Part shown: positions 1 to 11,146 of the stretch, one piece after another
Position numbering within the stretch: position 1 is the stretch's first letter
Layout of the letters: every line of letters begins with the position of its first letter
Assembly: GCA_964187785.1 (NCBI GenBank)
Contig: OZ076409.1
Span: 99,140,001 to 99,204,000, forward strand
Length of the DNA: 64,000 nt
Direction of reading: 5' to 3'
DNA from: Amphiscolops sp. MND2022
Taxonomy: Eukaryota
The notes under the pieces: model-generated
What the model was told of the DNA's origin: nothing
The model's database searches: none
What the model saw: the letters and a program-made list of their open reading frames with translations, nothing else
Made by a program: the position numbers and the translations under genes

Positions 1-191
1 AAAATACTACTTCGTAAGCTAAGAATTGTAAGAAATTGAGAAATTGTAAGATTGTAAGAAAAGTGGACCATTCAGAGATTTGTCAGCTGAAAAAGAAAAA
101 AACTACCCACTGTAATAGTCGGGCTTTTTTCCTTAAGGGAAAAGGCGCCGACTAAAAACCCTCGTTGTGCTAGCTAGGACTACCAACTAAC

Positions 192-391
192 TTGATTGGT
201 GATGGGCGCTGTGGTGTTAGCAGCAGTTGCGACTGTTGTTGCGGGGACAGTGGCATTCAACTTGGCCAGTCGGCGTCTCCTCATTTCGTCAGCGTCCAGT
301 TTGGGCTTCACTGGCTGAGGAGCGGGCGCTGCTTCTACTGCTGTGGAGGAGGAAGAGGTGGATGAAGAATCGACAGCCATCGCTTCTCCTT
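192..391 (-). CDS. Putative coding exon (200 nt) of a gene continuing beyond the left edge; possibly UBE4B/Ufd2-like N-terminus
   Basis: GC-rich island reading EGEAMAVD...KLDADEMRRRRLAKLN..., resembling the UBE4B N-terminal motif ADEIRRRRLARL. Acceptor (TTTGG)n-TTCAAG, donor CAA|GTTAGT. Product identity rests on one short motif. Confidence 0.5.
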
Positions 392-720
392 CTTGAACCA
401 AACCAAACCAAACCAAACCAAACAGTAATGTCCAGCATAATGAGTGGTTAAAGCAAGGTTGTTAAGGCGTTTTTTTTCATGAAAAAACACAAGAAAAAAC
501 ATGAAGAAAACAATTCAAAAACCACTGTTTCTTTCCAAACACTTTTTTCAGTTGTTTATGGTGTAGTAGTCTCTGACTGTTCGATTTGTTTGGCGCCTTT
601 TACCTTTTTCAGATCAGAATATCTCGTGTGAAAAATGATATTTGGAAAAAATTCAAGGAAGTGAATGACTTCCATGCTTTATATTCATTTTTTAATGAGC
701 GGCCAAAGCAAGGTCGTTAA

Positions 721-1280
721 CCCCAATTGACCTGGGCGTTTATTAAAATTTTCAAAAATTTTGATAAAAAATTTTAAAGCATCACTATCTCCACAACTAC
801 GCGTACCAGAGGAACGTACTATAACGCCTTTGAAAGCTCTGGTATTGGGCTTTCATTTTGGTCAGGTGAGCCTCTGTCGCCGCGCGCCCCTTCCTTAAAA
901 CTTTTGGTTTCTTTTCCCGGTAGCGCCGCATCGCGGCAGTTCCGCACTTCGCGCGGCTTGTAGAAACAACAGAAAATTATGGGGGTTTGTTGCACCAGGA
1001 CTTGCTGTGGAAGGGTGTGTGGTTGGTTTTTTCTATTGATCGAACCCTTTGAGAAAACTGGATTTTGAGAAAATATAACTATTTTTTGTGCAAAAAAAAA
1101 ACATTTTTCTCAGCTTTGGAGACATTCCCATATTGTAATGCTTGTGCCATTCAAATCAACCTAGGTACCAATTACTTGTTGAAAAAAAACTGTGCTAGAG
1201 AAAATGGGCTACTGGCGAAAGGAATCAGAATTTGGAAAAAAAAGGTAGGCTGCTTTAAAGCACCATTAGGTTCATTAGGG
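721..1280. mobile_element. Non-autonomous piggyBac-like element
   Basis: TTAA on both sides (717-720, 1281-1284); CCC...GGG termini with imperfect TIR (ccccaattgacct / aggttcattaggg); interrupts the second copy of a local duplication (about 451-700 vs 706-720 + 1281-1500). Confidence 0.7.
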
Positions 1281-2310
1281 TTAAGGTGTTTTATTCATAA
1301 ATAAAACACGAGAAAAAACACTGTTTTTCATGTTTTTTTTTCAGACACTTCTTTTCAGTTATTTATGGTCTAGTCTCTAACTGTTCAATTATTTCGAAAC
1401 TTTTTACCTTTTTCAGATCAGAATATCTGAATTCCGTATGAAAGATGATATCTGGAAAAAATTCAATGAAGTGAATGACTTTCATGCTTTATATTCCTTC
1501 GTTGAAGTTCTGTACCATGGAAAATTTGGCAACAAATGAAAAACCGTTGTGCATAACACATTGTTTTCCACGGTAGTTTACCCAAAAAGCAATAAAATAC
1601 AAAAAGTATATTTCGTTAAAAAAACTTGTTCAAAACGCTTTTCGTGAAAAAAAAATGTATAATTTAACTTGGGTTAAAGCACCTAACTGACAAAACAGAT
1701 GCAAAATAAGATGTTGGAATGAGATGTTTTATCCGTTACCGATTACCAAGAAGACACCTTTCAAAAAACTGTAGGCTGATTTTCAGTTATATAATAGGCG
1801 CTAGGGTTTTTGCCATCTTTTGAGCTGAAACTCGCGGAATTTGGCACTTAACAGTAACAAGTCGGTGTCCCGCTTAAGACTCAAAAAGCGCAAATTTTGG
1901 AAAAATGCCACGAGGGGAACTAATGTGCTCGGAAAATGCTTCTCTGAGGAAAAAAATTTTGTAAAAGTAAAAACAGAATTGGTTGAAATTCTTCTTTAGA
2001 AAAAAACAGTGCCAAAAACTTGAAGAGTGATCCTTTACCCTCTTGAAAAATTGGTGGTAACTGAAAACATAAACAAAACAAAGGGCCGACCCTTTGGTGA
2101 GACATGGAAAAAAGTTGCCGAGTGCCGCAAAAAACCTTCAGTGGGGCTCTTTGATTCTCCACAGTTTCGAAGCAACTAAGTATTTTAAACAGAAAACACA
2201 AAAATCATACTTGCTTCACGACGGTATGAAATGACGAACTGACGAAGTTGAACAAAAAAATGGACGCATCGATGTGAGGCTGAAAAAAAACTAGTCACTG
2301 TGACAATCTG

Positions 2311-2876
2311 TTTTTAGTCGGCGCTTTTCGAAGAAAAACGCAGACTATAGTAGTGACTTCTTTTTTTTTAAGACCAACGAACTGACAGATTTTATAAAGA
2401 GTTATAAATAGCTGAGCTGACTTCACTGTTCACTGCACTAACAGTAACTGCAACGCTAGCTATCACTGCTGGCACTTGGCATAGAGGTTAATTAAGCTTT
2501 TTGAGGTCTGCCAAGCAGAAGGACGTGGGTTCGAGTCCCGTCCTTGATCAAATTTTTTTTGTGCAGGTTTTTTCGGCTTTGTGAGACTTTTTTCGCAAAT
2601 TTTTTTAATGTCTCCAAAGGGTCCACCTTTCATTTTTTTTCTATTTTGCATAAGAATGGATGTTCAAAACCTCCCAAAGGGCCCCTTTTACAATTTTTCG
2701 GCACTATGCGACTTACCGGAGACCAAAAAAATTTAAAAATTTCAAAAAAAATCGGAATTTTTTTTTCAATTTTTCCTCAAACGGGTACTGTAGAAGAGAA
2801 TACTTGACACTTTGAAGTCCTTTTGCTATTTTTGAGCCTTAGATATGGCGCCGACTTGGGCCGTTCCCGGCTTGTT
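2311..2876 (+). mobile_element. Helentron-associated (DINE-1/HINE-like) non-autonomous element with tRNA-like internal segment
   Basis: 5' TTTTAGTCGGCGC, 3' inverted GCGCCGACT, then hairpin GCCG-ttcc-CGGC and terminal CTTGTT; internal B-box GGTTCGAGTCCC near 2528. Confidence 0.7.
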
Positions 2877-3171
2877 TTGAAATGTGCCGACTAAAAACCA
2901 GTCACTCTAACAGTCGGGCACACTTTCTGATAGAATGCGCCGAATTAAAACGCCAACCTAAACAAATGGAAAAAGTCTCGGTAGATTTTCAAAATCTATA
3001 GATAAGTTCTACATGAGGCTATAGAACAGTTTGTTATGTCATGTTTTTCGAAAAACGCGAAGACCAAAATGACTACAGTAGACGTAGAAAAGAAGGCTGC
3101 CTAATGCCCGCAATGCTAGAAAGTCAGTTCGCTGGTCTTAAAAAAACCACTAGCCACTATTTAAGTCTGCA

Positions 3172-3776
3172 TTTTTAGTCGGCGCTTCATCCTTTTAAGG
3201 AAAAATGCCCGACTATAGCAAAGACCTTTTTTTTTCTTCAGACTACAATCCTCACACTGATCGGTCCCCTTTTTAGAAACAATCCTGAAACGACGTACAC
3301 CTAAGGCCAAGGCAAAGTCCGGGGCCAAGGCAAACTTAGTCCAAAGGTTCCCCCTTTCTTTTTTTACTTTTTTAACGTAACCTACAAAACCTTTCAATTT
3401 TTTTCGGGGCTACAAGACTTTTTTTCGAATTGTTTTTGTCTCCAAAGGGTCCCCCTTTCAATTTTTTTGATATTTTGCAACTGAAGGGATGTTGAAAAAG
3501 CCCAAAGCCCCCCTTCTACATTTTTCGTCACTATGAGACTGTTCAAAATGATCATTTTTCGTTTTTTTTTCGACAACTTTTCAATGTCTCCAAAGGGTCC
3601 CCCTTCAATTTTTTTTTGCAACAAACTGGATTTTCAAAAATTCACTTTTACAATTTTCGACATTGTGAGATTTTTCGAAATGATTATTTTTTGTCATAAA
3701 AATTGTTTTTCAGTTTAAAACTTTGCGCTTTTTGAGCCTTAGATATAGCGCCGACTTTAGAAGTTCCCGTCTTGTT
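3172..3776 (+). mobile_element. Helentron-associated (HINE-like) element
   Basis: Same termini TTTTAGTCGGCGC ... GCGCCGACTT...CCCGTCTTGTT; internal AAAGGGTCCCCCTTCAATTTTT subrepeats. Confidence 0.7.
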
Positions 3777-4220
3777 TTAATCAAAAGCGCCGACTAAAAA
3801 ACGAATTCTTGATAAAAATGACCGCATACTTTTTCAGAGTATAAAACGCTGACTGATAACAACCTTTGACATTTTACTAGATCAAACAGGAAACAAGTCG
3901 GTGCTTCGCTCAAGGCTCAAAAAGGGCAACTTTTCTAACATGCTCAAGGGTGGTGGGCTAAGAAAATCAGTGCAATCCGAAAGCGCCAAAAAACCAAGAA
4001 AGGGCTCTTAATTTCGAAAGTCTCCCAATTTCGAAAAACCAACGCGGCATGAAACTATGCAATCATCAAAGGGGACCGACGATCCTTTGAGTGGGTTTCA
4101 GTGACGAAAAAAACGATCGACAAATTGAACAAAAAAGTGGACGTTATCAGAGTCCCGGGAGAAAAACACGTCACTGTAGTAGTCTGCTTCTGTCAAAAAG
4201 CGCCGATTAAAAATGCGTAA

Positions 4221-5043
4221 AGCGACAATTCGTCCCAAGCGACGATTCGTCCCAAGCGACAATTCGTCCCAAATTCCAAAAAGCGACAATTCGTCCCAAG
4301 CGACAATTCGTCCCATTTTGAAAGGGCGACAATTCGTCCCAATTATTAAAAGCTGCAAATTGTCCCCAATTTAATTGCCAATAAAGACCTTTGTAATAAT
4401 GAATCCGGAAAGATTACAATTAGAGGCAGGTGCCAACAATTAATTTTAACATTCCACGACTAGTACGTTAAAATGCAACATTTTCTAATTATTCTCACAT
4501 GGTTGAATGAATTCATAAAAAAACACTATATTCTCCATGGGATATATGAACCATGACATCATAGAAGTATTAATATCATAATTACATCCCAAGAGTAGTG
4601 TAAAATAACTAGTGTAATAATTAAATTATAAGGCAAGGTCATATTATCAAATTTGTTCATTTGTAGTTGGTTTGATTATTTCTTTCGTCTCAACCTTTAA
4701 AAGGTTGGTAATTAGCTGCTCAATTAAACAATTTGGGACGCCTTTTCAAAATGGGACGAATTGTCACTTGGGACGAATTGTCGCTTTTTTGGAATTTGGG
4801 ACGAATTGTCGCTTGGGAAGAATTGTCACTTTTTGGAATTTGGTGGAATTTGGGACGAATTGTCGCTTGGGACGAATTGTCGCTTTTTGGAATTTGGGAC
4901 GAATTGTCGCTTGGGACGAATTGTCGCTTTTTGGAATTTGGGACGAATTGTCGCTTGGGACGAATTGTCGCTTTTTGGAATTTGGGACGAATTGTTGCTT
5001 GGGACGAATTGTCGCTTTTTGGAATTTGGGACGAATTGTCGCC
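4221..5043. repeat. Foldback-like structure: inverted arms of a 17-bp minisatellite
   Basis: GCGACAATTCGTCCCAA units at 4221-4340 and the reverse complement TTGGGACGAATTGTCGC tandemly at 4733-5043 (46-bp higher-order unit) around an AT-rich ~390-bp spacer. Confidence 0.85.
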
Positions 5044-5110
5044 CAACCAAAAAAATGAGTCATTCTCAACAACAATCATTGCAGAATTTGAATGGACATG
5101 ACTGCTGCAC

Positions 5111-5174
5111 CTGTGTATTTTTCACCCGAGCCGACACCGTCATTCACTGATGCAGCTGTCCCGTCTTCTTCCAT
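5111..5174 (-). CDS. Candidate first coding exon upstream of the 192-391 exon
   Basis: GCCATGG start context, MEEDGTAASVNDGVGSGEKYT, donor ACAG|GT in phase 1, compatible with the phase-1 start of exon 391. The linkage is inference. Confidence 0.35.
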
Positions 5175-7162
5175 GGCGCCAGGGGGCATCAACGCAGGTT
5201 TCCAATGTCTGGGGGGGCAGCAGGATAATGAAACTAAAAAAGGGTAGATACAACAAAGTACAATAAAGACCCAAAAAACGGGAAGACTTTCTGTAAGGGT
5301 GCCTTGATTGATGATTACGTCACGGCCCAGGTGAGAAGGGACTCCCAAATTTCATGACAAATCGTCGCAAGTCATTCTGAATAATCTGAAAAGAACATTG
5401 GAACATTTTATTGAATTGAATATGTCAAAAGCACACAAAGAATAATTTATGCTATGTTTCTCACATCACAGCCATACGATTTTGATGCCTTTGGACACGC
5501 AGGTATTTCTACTCTTCTGAGTTTGCGCCCTTGACAACCAAGCATGTGCCTCACTTAATTTCTAGATTTTTGTTCAAAATACGAATTGAAAAGATCTTTG
5601 TTGTCAACGATATAACCTCGACAGTACACCGAGAAGTTGAAAAAGTGACAAAAAAATAGGACAAATTTTTTCAAAGCGTAATTTCTCCACGAATAATAGC
5701 GACAGCTTTCAAATGCCACTCGAACTTTTCGCTGAAGCTTCATTAAAAAAACTTCTATATGCGGTTTCAATGGTGGCAAACTGTGTTACTAGAGTGTGAC
5801 AGTAACCAGAGTGTGTAACAGTAAACAGTTGCTGTGTTATTGAGAAAAAGTTACTTTTCTGAAAAGTATTTTTTTTGCAAATTTTCACTTGTTTCTAGTT
5901 ACCTTTTTGTCGGTGGTCCGGAAGACAAACTCTATTGACACAAATAACAACTCGCCCCATGTAGTCCAATAGATTGTTGATTAGAAAAACAAAATTTCTT
6001 TTTCCTATATGCTTTTTGCGTTTCGTATTTTTTTATTGATTGTGAAAAAAATCGCTGTCCTCATTTGGGGACAAAAGCACTGTCGAGGATATAGCTTTGT
6101 CAATGTCATGATATACTTCTTGAAAGTTGTTGCCGGCAGATTTTTCGAATTCGTAGGAAAGAAACCTTCAGTTGACATCCAAAAATTCAAGATTCGCTTT
6201 CCTTCATTATTCTCCGAAGATGGGTTTAACTGATTGAGCTGATTTCACCGCCTCCAATTAAAGTTTAATTCACTGGTAATGCCAGATTTGGGGTTTTCGA
6301 ACCGAAAAATTTCCATTGAAAACGGCCTAAACTGCCAAAAGTGGCATTTTTAAACCAATGTATTAATTTCTTAAAAAAATAGGCCTCTCCGGTGCTCAGT
6401 ATTATTTCTGCTTTAATCTTTCATTAAGAATAGAATCATATCTGGAATACCAATACACTCTTGTTTAATCATTATTTAGCGCACAATTAATCACTGTACA
6501 AGTTTACTCCGCCTTTAATTCTTCTCGGACTTAAGAAAATATAACTACTAAGCGTAGACGAAGTTTCGTATTTGCATTTGAATGCAGGCGAAGCTCTTCT
6601 CGGCGAACGAATAATAAACACACGTTCGCTTCATCTGAATAACTCGGCGTACGAAAGCGTAATTACGAACATTCGCTCGCTTCATCTCAATGAATTCGGC
6701 GTACGAATGCATAATTACCAATCGCTCGTTCCATCGCACGAGAATTGAATTGTCATCGGCAGCTTGAGAAATTTAATTCCCACGCTTACAGTCACTGCCG
6801 AACAAAATATCTGAATTATTCAGTATCACGACAAGAATTGTACTGAACAAAAAAAGTCGACAGTTTGAGGTTACAATAATATTCCTGCTAAAGCAGAATA
6901 AAAAAGCATAACCACTTATAATTTATTGAACACAGTTCATTTGGAATTTCACACAACTCCAGTCAACGTTTTAAGGAACTTCGGCCGTTGAAAAATGCAA
7001 CTACGGGTTATATTACAGTCGTGCCATTTTCACGTTGCTGTCAAAGAAAATGACAGGTTTGTTTCGCAAATTGAAAAATCTGACCAAACGCTATAGACAT
7101 TTGGCTTTATCCAGTTACTGTTTTCATCTTGCTATTCCGTTACAATAGTCAAATTTTGAATT

Positions 7163-7350
7163 ATGCCTGGTAAATCACATCCCTCGAAGTGCGAAAATTG
7201 GTAATTTCCAACTTTACTCGTAGATTTTCAGGAAGAAAAATAGCCAATCTTTCAGATATGCCAAAGTCTACTGTGAATGAAAATCTTCAAAAATATAAAA
7301 AGTCTGGAAGGGAACTATTGAAGCTACAAAAAATACGGGAAGGCCATGAA
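7163..7350 (+). pseudogene. Tc1/mariner transposase N-terminal HTH remnant
   Basis: MPGKSH/..EVRKLVISNFTRRFSGRKIANLSDMPKSTVNENLQKYKKSG matches the Tc1 paired-like HTH pattern; frameshifted, no DDE domain. Confidence 0.6.
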
Positions 7351-8241
7351 AATAAGTCAAAGAAGCGTCCTAAAATTGCTTCGTTTGTCAAAAAACTGCC
7401 CCAAGTTTACGACTGTAGCGATATACATTCTGCGATATACAAAAACATTAAAACTATACAATTTACTATTGATTTCTTTTCTAACTTATTCAAGTTCAAA
7501 TTTCGAAAGCCTTGATATTTGAAGAAAAATCGTTTTAATCTTTCAGACGCTGCTTTTTCAGCAAAAGCGTCCGCTCACAATTTTCACTGCAAGATTTCGG
7601 AAAGCATTTGATCAAGCATTCGATTACTTCCAAAATAACTCGGGTTTCGAGCTAATTTAATTTCAATCCAAATCACTTGTGCACTCAGGGTCCAATCCAT
7701 TCATTACAGTATGGTAGTTCTAAAAGTACATAATTTTCATCGTATTTTTGAAACCCTTAGAATACAGATGGAATATCTGTGGTTTCGTTACATTGTTTTC
7801 CAGATTTCACTTTTGATATTTTTATAACTTGTGTATAATTTCAAATTTGAATTTGCTGACGATGGCTTAATACCGAAAAGCATTTGTTATTCCTAAGTTT
7901 CCTCTTTTACGCACCTACGCGTGTCGTGAGTTACAAATCATCATTTTAACCGCTGATACTTCAAAGTCTATATTTGTTATTTATTTTCAAGTTAGTTCAC
8001 TTAACACACCTTTTTAGGTCTATCAATGTAACAAGACAAAACTTGAACGATTTCCGAGTTTGATATAGTTCCTCTGAATTTGACCAAGTTCAAATTATCG
8101 CGAAACAGTATCAAAAAAATTCAAATGCATGTCTTCGGTGAAATTTTGAAGCTTTGTCTGTACAGCCATCATGACAAATAAAAATACTTATTTTCGAAAC
8201 TCTACCTCTTTTCATTCAGTTAGCATCATTTGATGAAGATA

Positions 8242-9707
8242 CCTTTTGTCAATTGAGTTCGTCAAACGGAACTTTAATTTCAACATAGCGGAATTTTGAT
8301 TTCAACAAGTCGCCTCCGGAACTTTAATTTCAACACAGGAAATTCAATTTCGACACGTGAATTTTTCCTTCAACATTTGAAAACTTTAAACTTTAGCTGA
8401 CAGTACAGTAGCGTTCTAAAATATCGCAACCTCATAGCATAAAATGGCAAAATTCAAAACCAAATATCTCATAAACTGTCACGAATACAAAATTTTGCCA
8501 GCTAGGAAAGTTTCTTAGGATTTTATCTAGTTTACAAAAATGTTTGTTTGAAATTTCTACGACCGTTACCAAAAAAGTTAGAAATTGCAAATTTTAGTAA
8601 ATTTTAATTGAAATTTGAGTTTTTTCGAAAATTGAGTAACTTAGAATAAATTTTTTTGAGTTTTTTTCATTGGGAAACTTCCTATAATCTCCTGAACCTA
8701 CTGAATTGTTTTGATCGAGATTTTTTTTTCGAATCAGAAAAATACACTATATTTTGTGTCTATGAGCACTGAAGTACATGTATTAAGATAGGCTATAAGA
8801 ATTGTATTTAGAAAATTGATGATTTTTATTTGAAATCGAAAAAGTTTTCCGATCAAATTACATCAGCATCCTCAGGAGATTTGGGGGCAAATGATGACTG
8901 AAAATTTTTCAAACATATATTTTCAACTTTGTGAAAATCCAGAAAAAGTACAAATTTGATTAAATTTTGTCAAAATTTCCAATTTCTAACTTTTGTAAAT
9001 TTTGTCGCAGAAATTTCAAACAAACATTTTTGTAAACTAGATAAAATTCTAAGAAACTTTCCTAGCTGACACTTTTTCGTATTTGTGACAGTTTTCAAGA
9101 AATTTGGATTTGAAATTTGCAATTTTAAGCATTGGAGTTGCGATATTTTAGAACGCTACTGTACAACTGAAATATAATGGCTCCACGTCGAAATTACAAG
9201 ATTCCAGTTATTGACAAAACTCGTTTGCGGGAATTGTTCAACAGAGGAGAAGATTTTCTACAACTTGCAAAAATTTTGGGAATTATTCGAACCACCGCTT
9301 ACTCGATTGTGAATAGAGACCAAGATTCTGGAAGGCCGCTATAAAAAGAGATTTGGCAAGTAAACAAGATTTGTTTATAAATATACCAGAAACACAACTT
9401 CAGGGTAGAAGTCTGAAATTGTGCCGTTTCGAAATGGTGAAGAAGATCATAGAAGACCAGGCTGTCGTTATTGACACTGCAAAATGCAAGGAGCGGCACA
9501 ATAATGCAATGACATTCATTCCAAGATGCATCGTGGAGGCAGAAATACTATAAATCAAACTTTCTTTCGTTATTTTCTGTTTTTGTATATTTGTCGAAAC
9601 TGAATTTCCTGTGTTGAAATTAAAGTTCCGGAATGCCTCTTGTCGAAATCAAAGTTCCGCAGTGTTGAAATCAAAGTTCCGATGTGTTGAAATCAATTGA
9701 CAAAAGG
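8242..9707 (+). mobile_element. Internally deleted IS630/Tc1-like DNA transposon carrying a nested MITE
   Basis: TA-flanked TIR CCTTTTGTCAATTGA / TCAATTGACAAAAGG with ~125-bp arms of GGAACTTTAATTTCAACA subrepeats; decayed transposase pieces at 9178-9553 (MAPRRNY...LAKILGI.RTTAYSIV; ...AKCKERHNNAMTFIPRCIVEAEI). Confidence 0.7.
8406..9161. mobile_element. Tc1/mariner-type MITE with long imperfect TIRs
   Basis: TA|CAGTAGCGTTCTAAAATATCGCAAC ... GTTGCGATATTTTAGAACGCTACTG|TA; inverted similarity extends about 200 bp. Confidence 0.85.
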
Positions 9708-9874
9708 TATACTTTATACTTTTAATTCGTACTTTTGACACATGTGAAAACATTTTTTGAAAAGGCTATTTACAAATCTCCCTGAATGCTCTATGAATAA
9801 CACTTTCTTAGTACGCCGTATTTGGAAAGGATTAAAAGACTCGCATACCTCCCCTCTAGGAGTAAACTTCTTAA

Positions 9875-10193
9875 CACGGTTTTGACATTTTTCTTCGCTT
9901 ATCTCTAAACCGCTAGTTTTAGAATCGCTATTTCGCTGAAAACTTGGATGTTCAACTAACTTATTAACTACATTTCAAAATAACCTAATTCAGTTTTTGC
10001 AAGAAAAAACTAATTTTCATACTGAGTGAGTTTTACAAAGGTAAGAGTTGGAATTTTTCGAAATTCACTTTGAAACTCCGTGTATACTCAGAAGAATTTG
10101 GAAAATCTATTAGTTTCCGCTAAGGAACTCGCTGAAAAAATTCTGCGTGGTCGCTAACGAGCTAAATCGCTGGCTAGCGGTGTCAAAACTCTG
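9875..10193. mobile_element. MITE-like repeat; related fragments near 19560 and 52657
   Basis: Imperfect TIR CACGGTTTTGACA / TGTCAAAACTCTG; internal CTAAACCGCTAGTTT..AATCGCTATTTC recurs near 19566, and AATCGCTATTTC near 52704. Confidence 0.5.
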
Positions 10194-10439
10194 CTTCTCT
10201 CTGCATCTTCATACTTGAATGATGAAAAAATTAGGAGAAAAAGATGCGAGTAATTATCTAAATTTTATTATCTAAACTAGTTTTTTTTCCTTTGCATTTC
10301 CATTTGATGTGTTCAAGTTGAGGTCGCAGAATGAGATTGCGCAGAGTGGGAAACTTAATCTGCAATGGCGGAGGCATATTGTCGTCATACATTATCGTCC
10401 AGTCAATCAATGACTGGAAAGAAGGCCTGGGTGGGGGTA

Positions 10440-10916
10440 CAGTGATGATCCTATAATCAATGATTATAGTATTTATTATAGTATATGCTACAATCCATCA
10501 ATAATAGTATTCTATAATGGCTTTATTAGAACAAAACTGAGAGAATCGAATGATTCATTCAAAATAAATTATGCGTTATTGCACTCAACAATTAAACGAG
10601 TTTCAACATTTTCTGTCTAAATTCGGTTCCGTCGTCCAGCCGACAAGTACCCTGCTTCAGAAAAAACTCTTCTACAACTGCTGACGAAGGCAATACACCA
10701 AAAACATTTTGGGCTAAAAAATCAGAAAGAAATGGCCATTCGTGTCTTTCATTTTTGAAGAATCAGGTCTCTCAATGGTAGCTGACGCTACAATTCTGAT
10801 TATTGCATTCTATAATACAATTCGCAATAAACAGCGCAACGATTGATTACAGCTTTAATTATTAACAGTTTTACTATCATAGTCTATAATAGCATACAAT
10901 AATATGATCATCACTG
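10440..10916. mobile_element. MITE just downstream of the SDHA stop codon
   Basis: TIR CAGTGATGATC / GATCATCACTG with TATAAT-rich subterminal repeats; target-site duplication unclear. Confidence 0.6.
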
Positions 10917-10946
10917 GAGGGGGGGGGGGTTCCAGTGCAGTCCGGA

Positions 10947-11146
10947 TCAGTAGGAGCGGATCTTGGGTGGGATAGAGGGACAGTGCTGCTGGTCGAGGGT
11001 TACGTCTATCACCGGTCTGTACTGGAGGTCGATGTGGCCCGTGTCCGGGTCCTGGTAGCTCAACGTGTGTTTCCTCCAGTGCTGCTCCACCGGCTTCTTG
11101 CTCTGGCCCTCAAGGGGCTTGGAGTAGTCGTACTCGTCAATTCGGT
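10947..11146 (-). CDS. SDHA: SDHA coding exon 10 (last)
   Basis: [15 protein letters not shown]...HWRKHTLS...YRPVID...PPKIRSY*; acceptor TTTTAG, stop TGA at 10949-10947. Confidence 0.95.

Noticed and set aside
4098..5150. Repetitive ORFs (GTNCR / WDELS) in several frames
   Set aside because: Translation artefacts of the 17/46-bp minisatellite.
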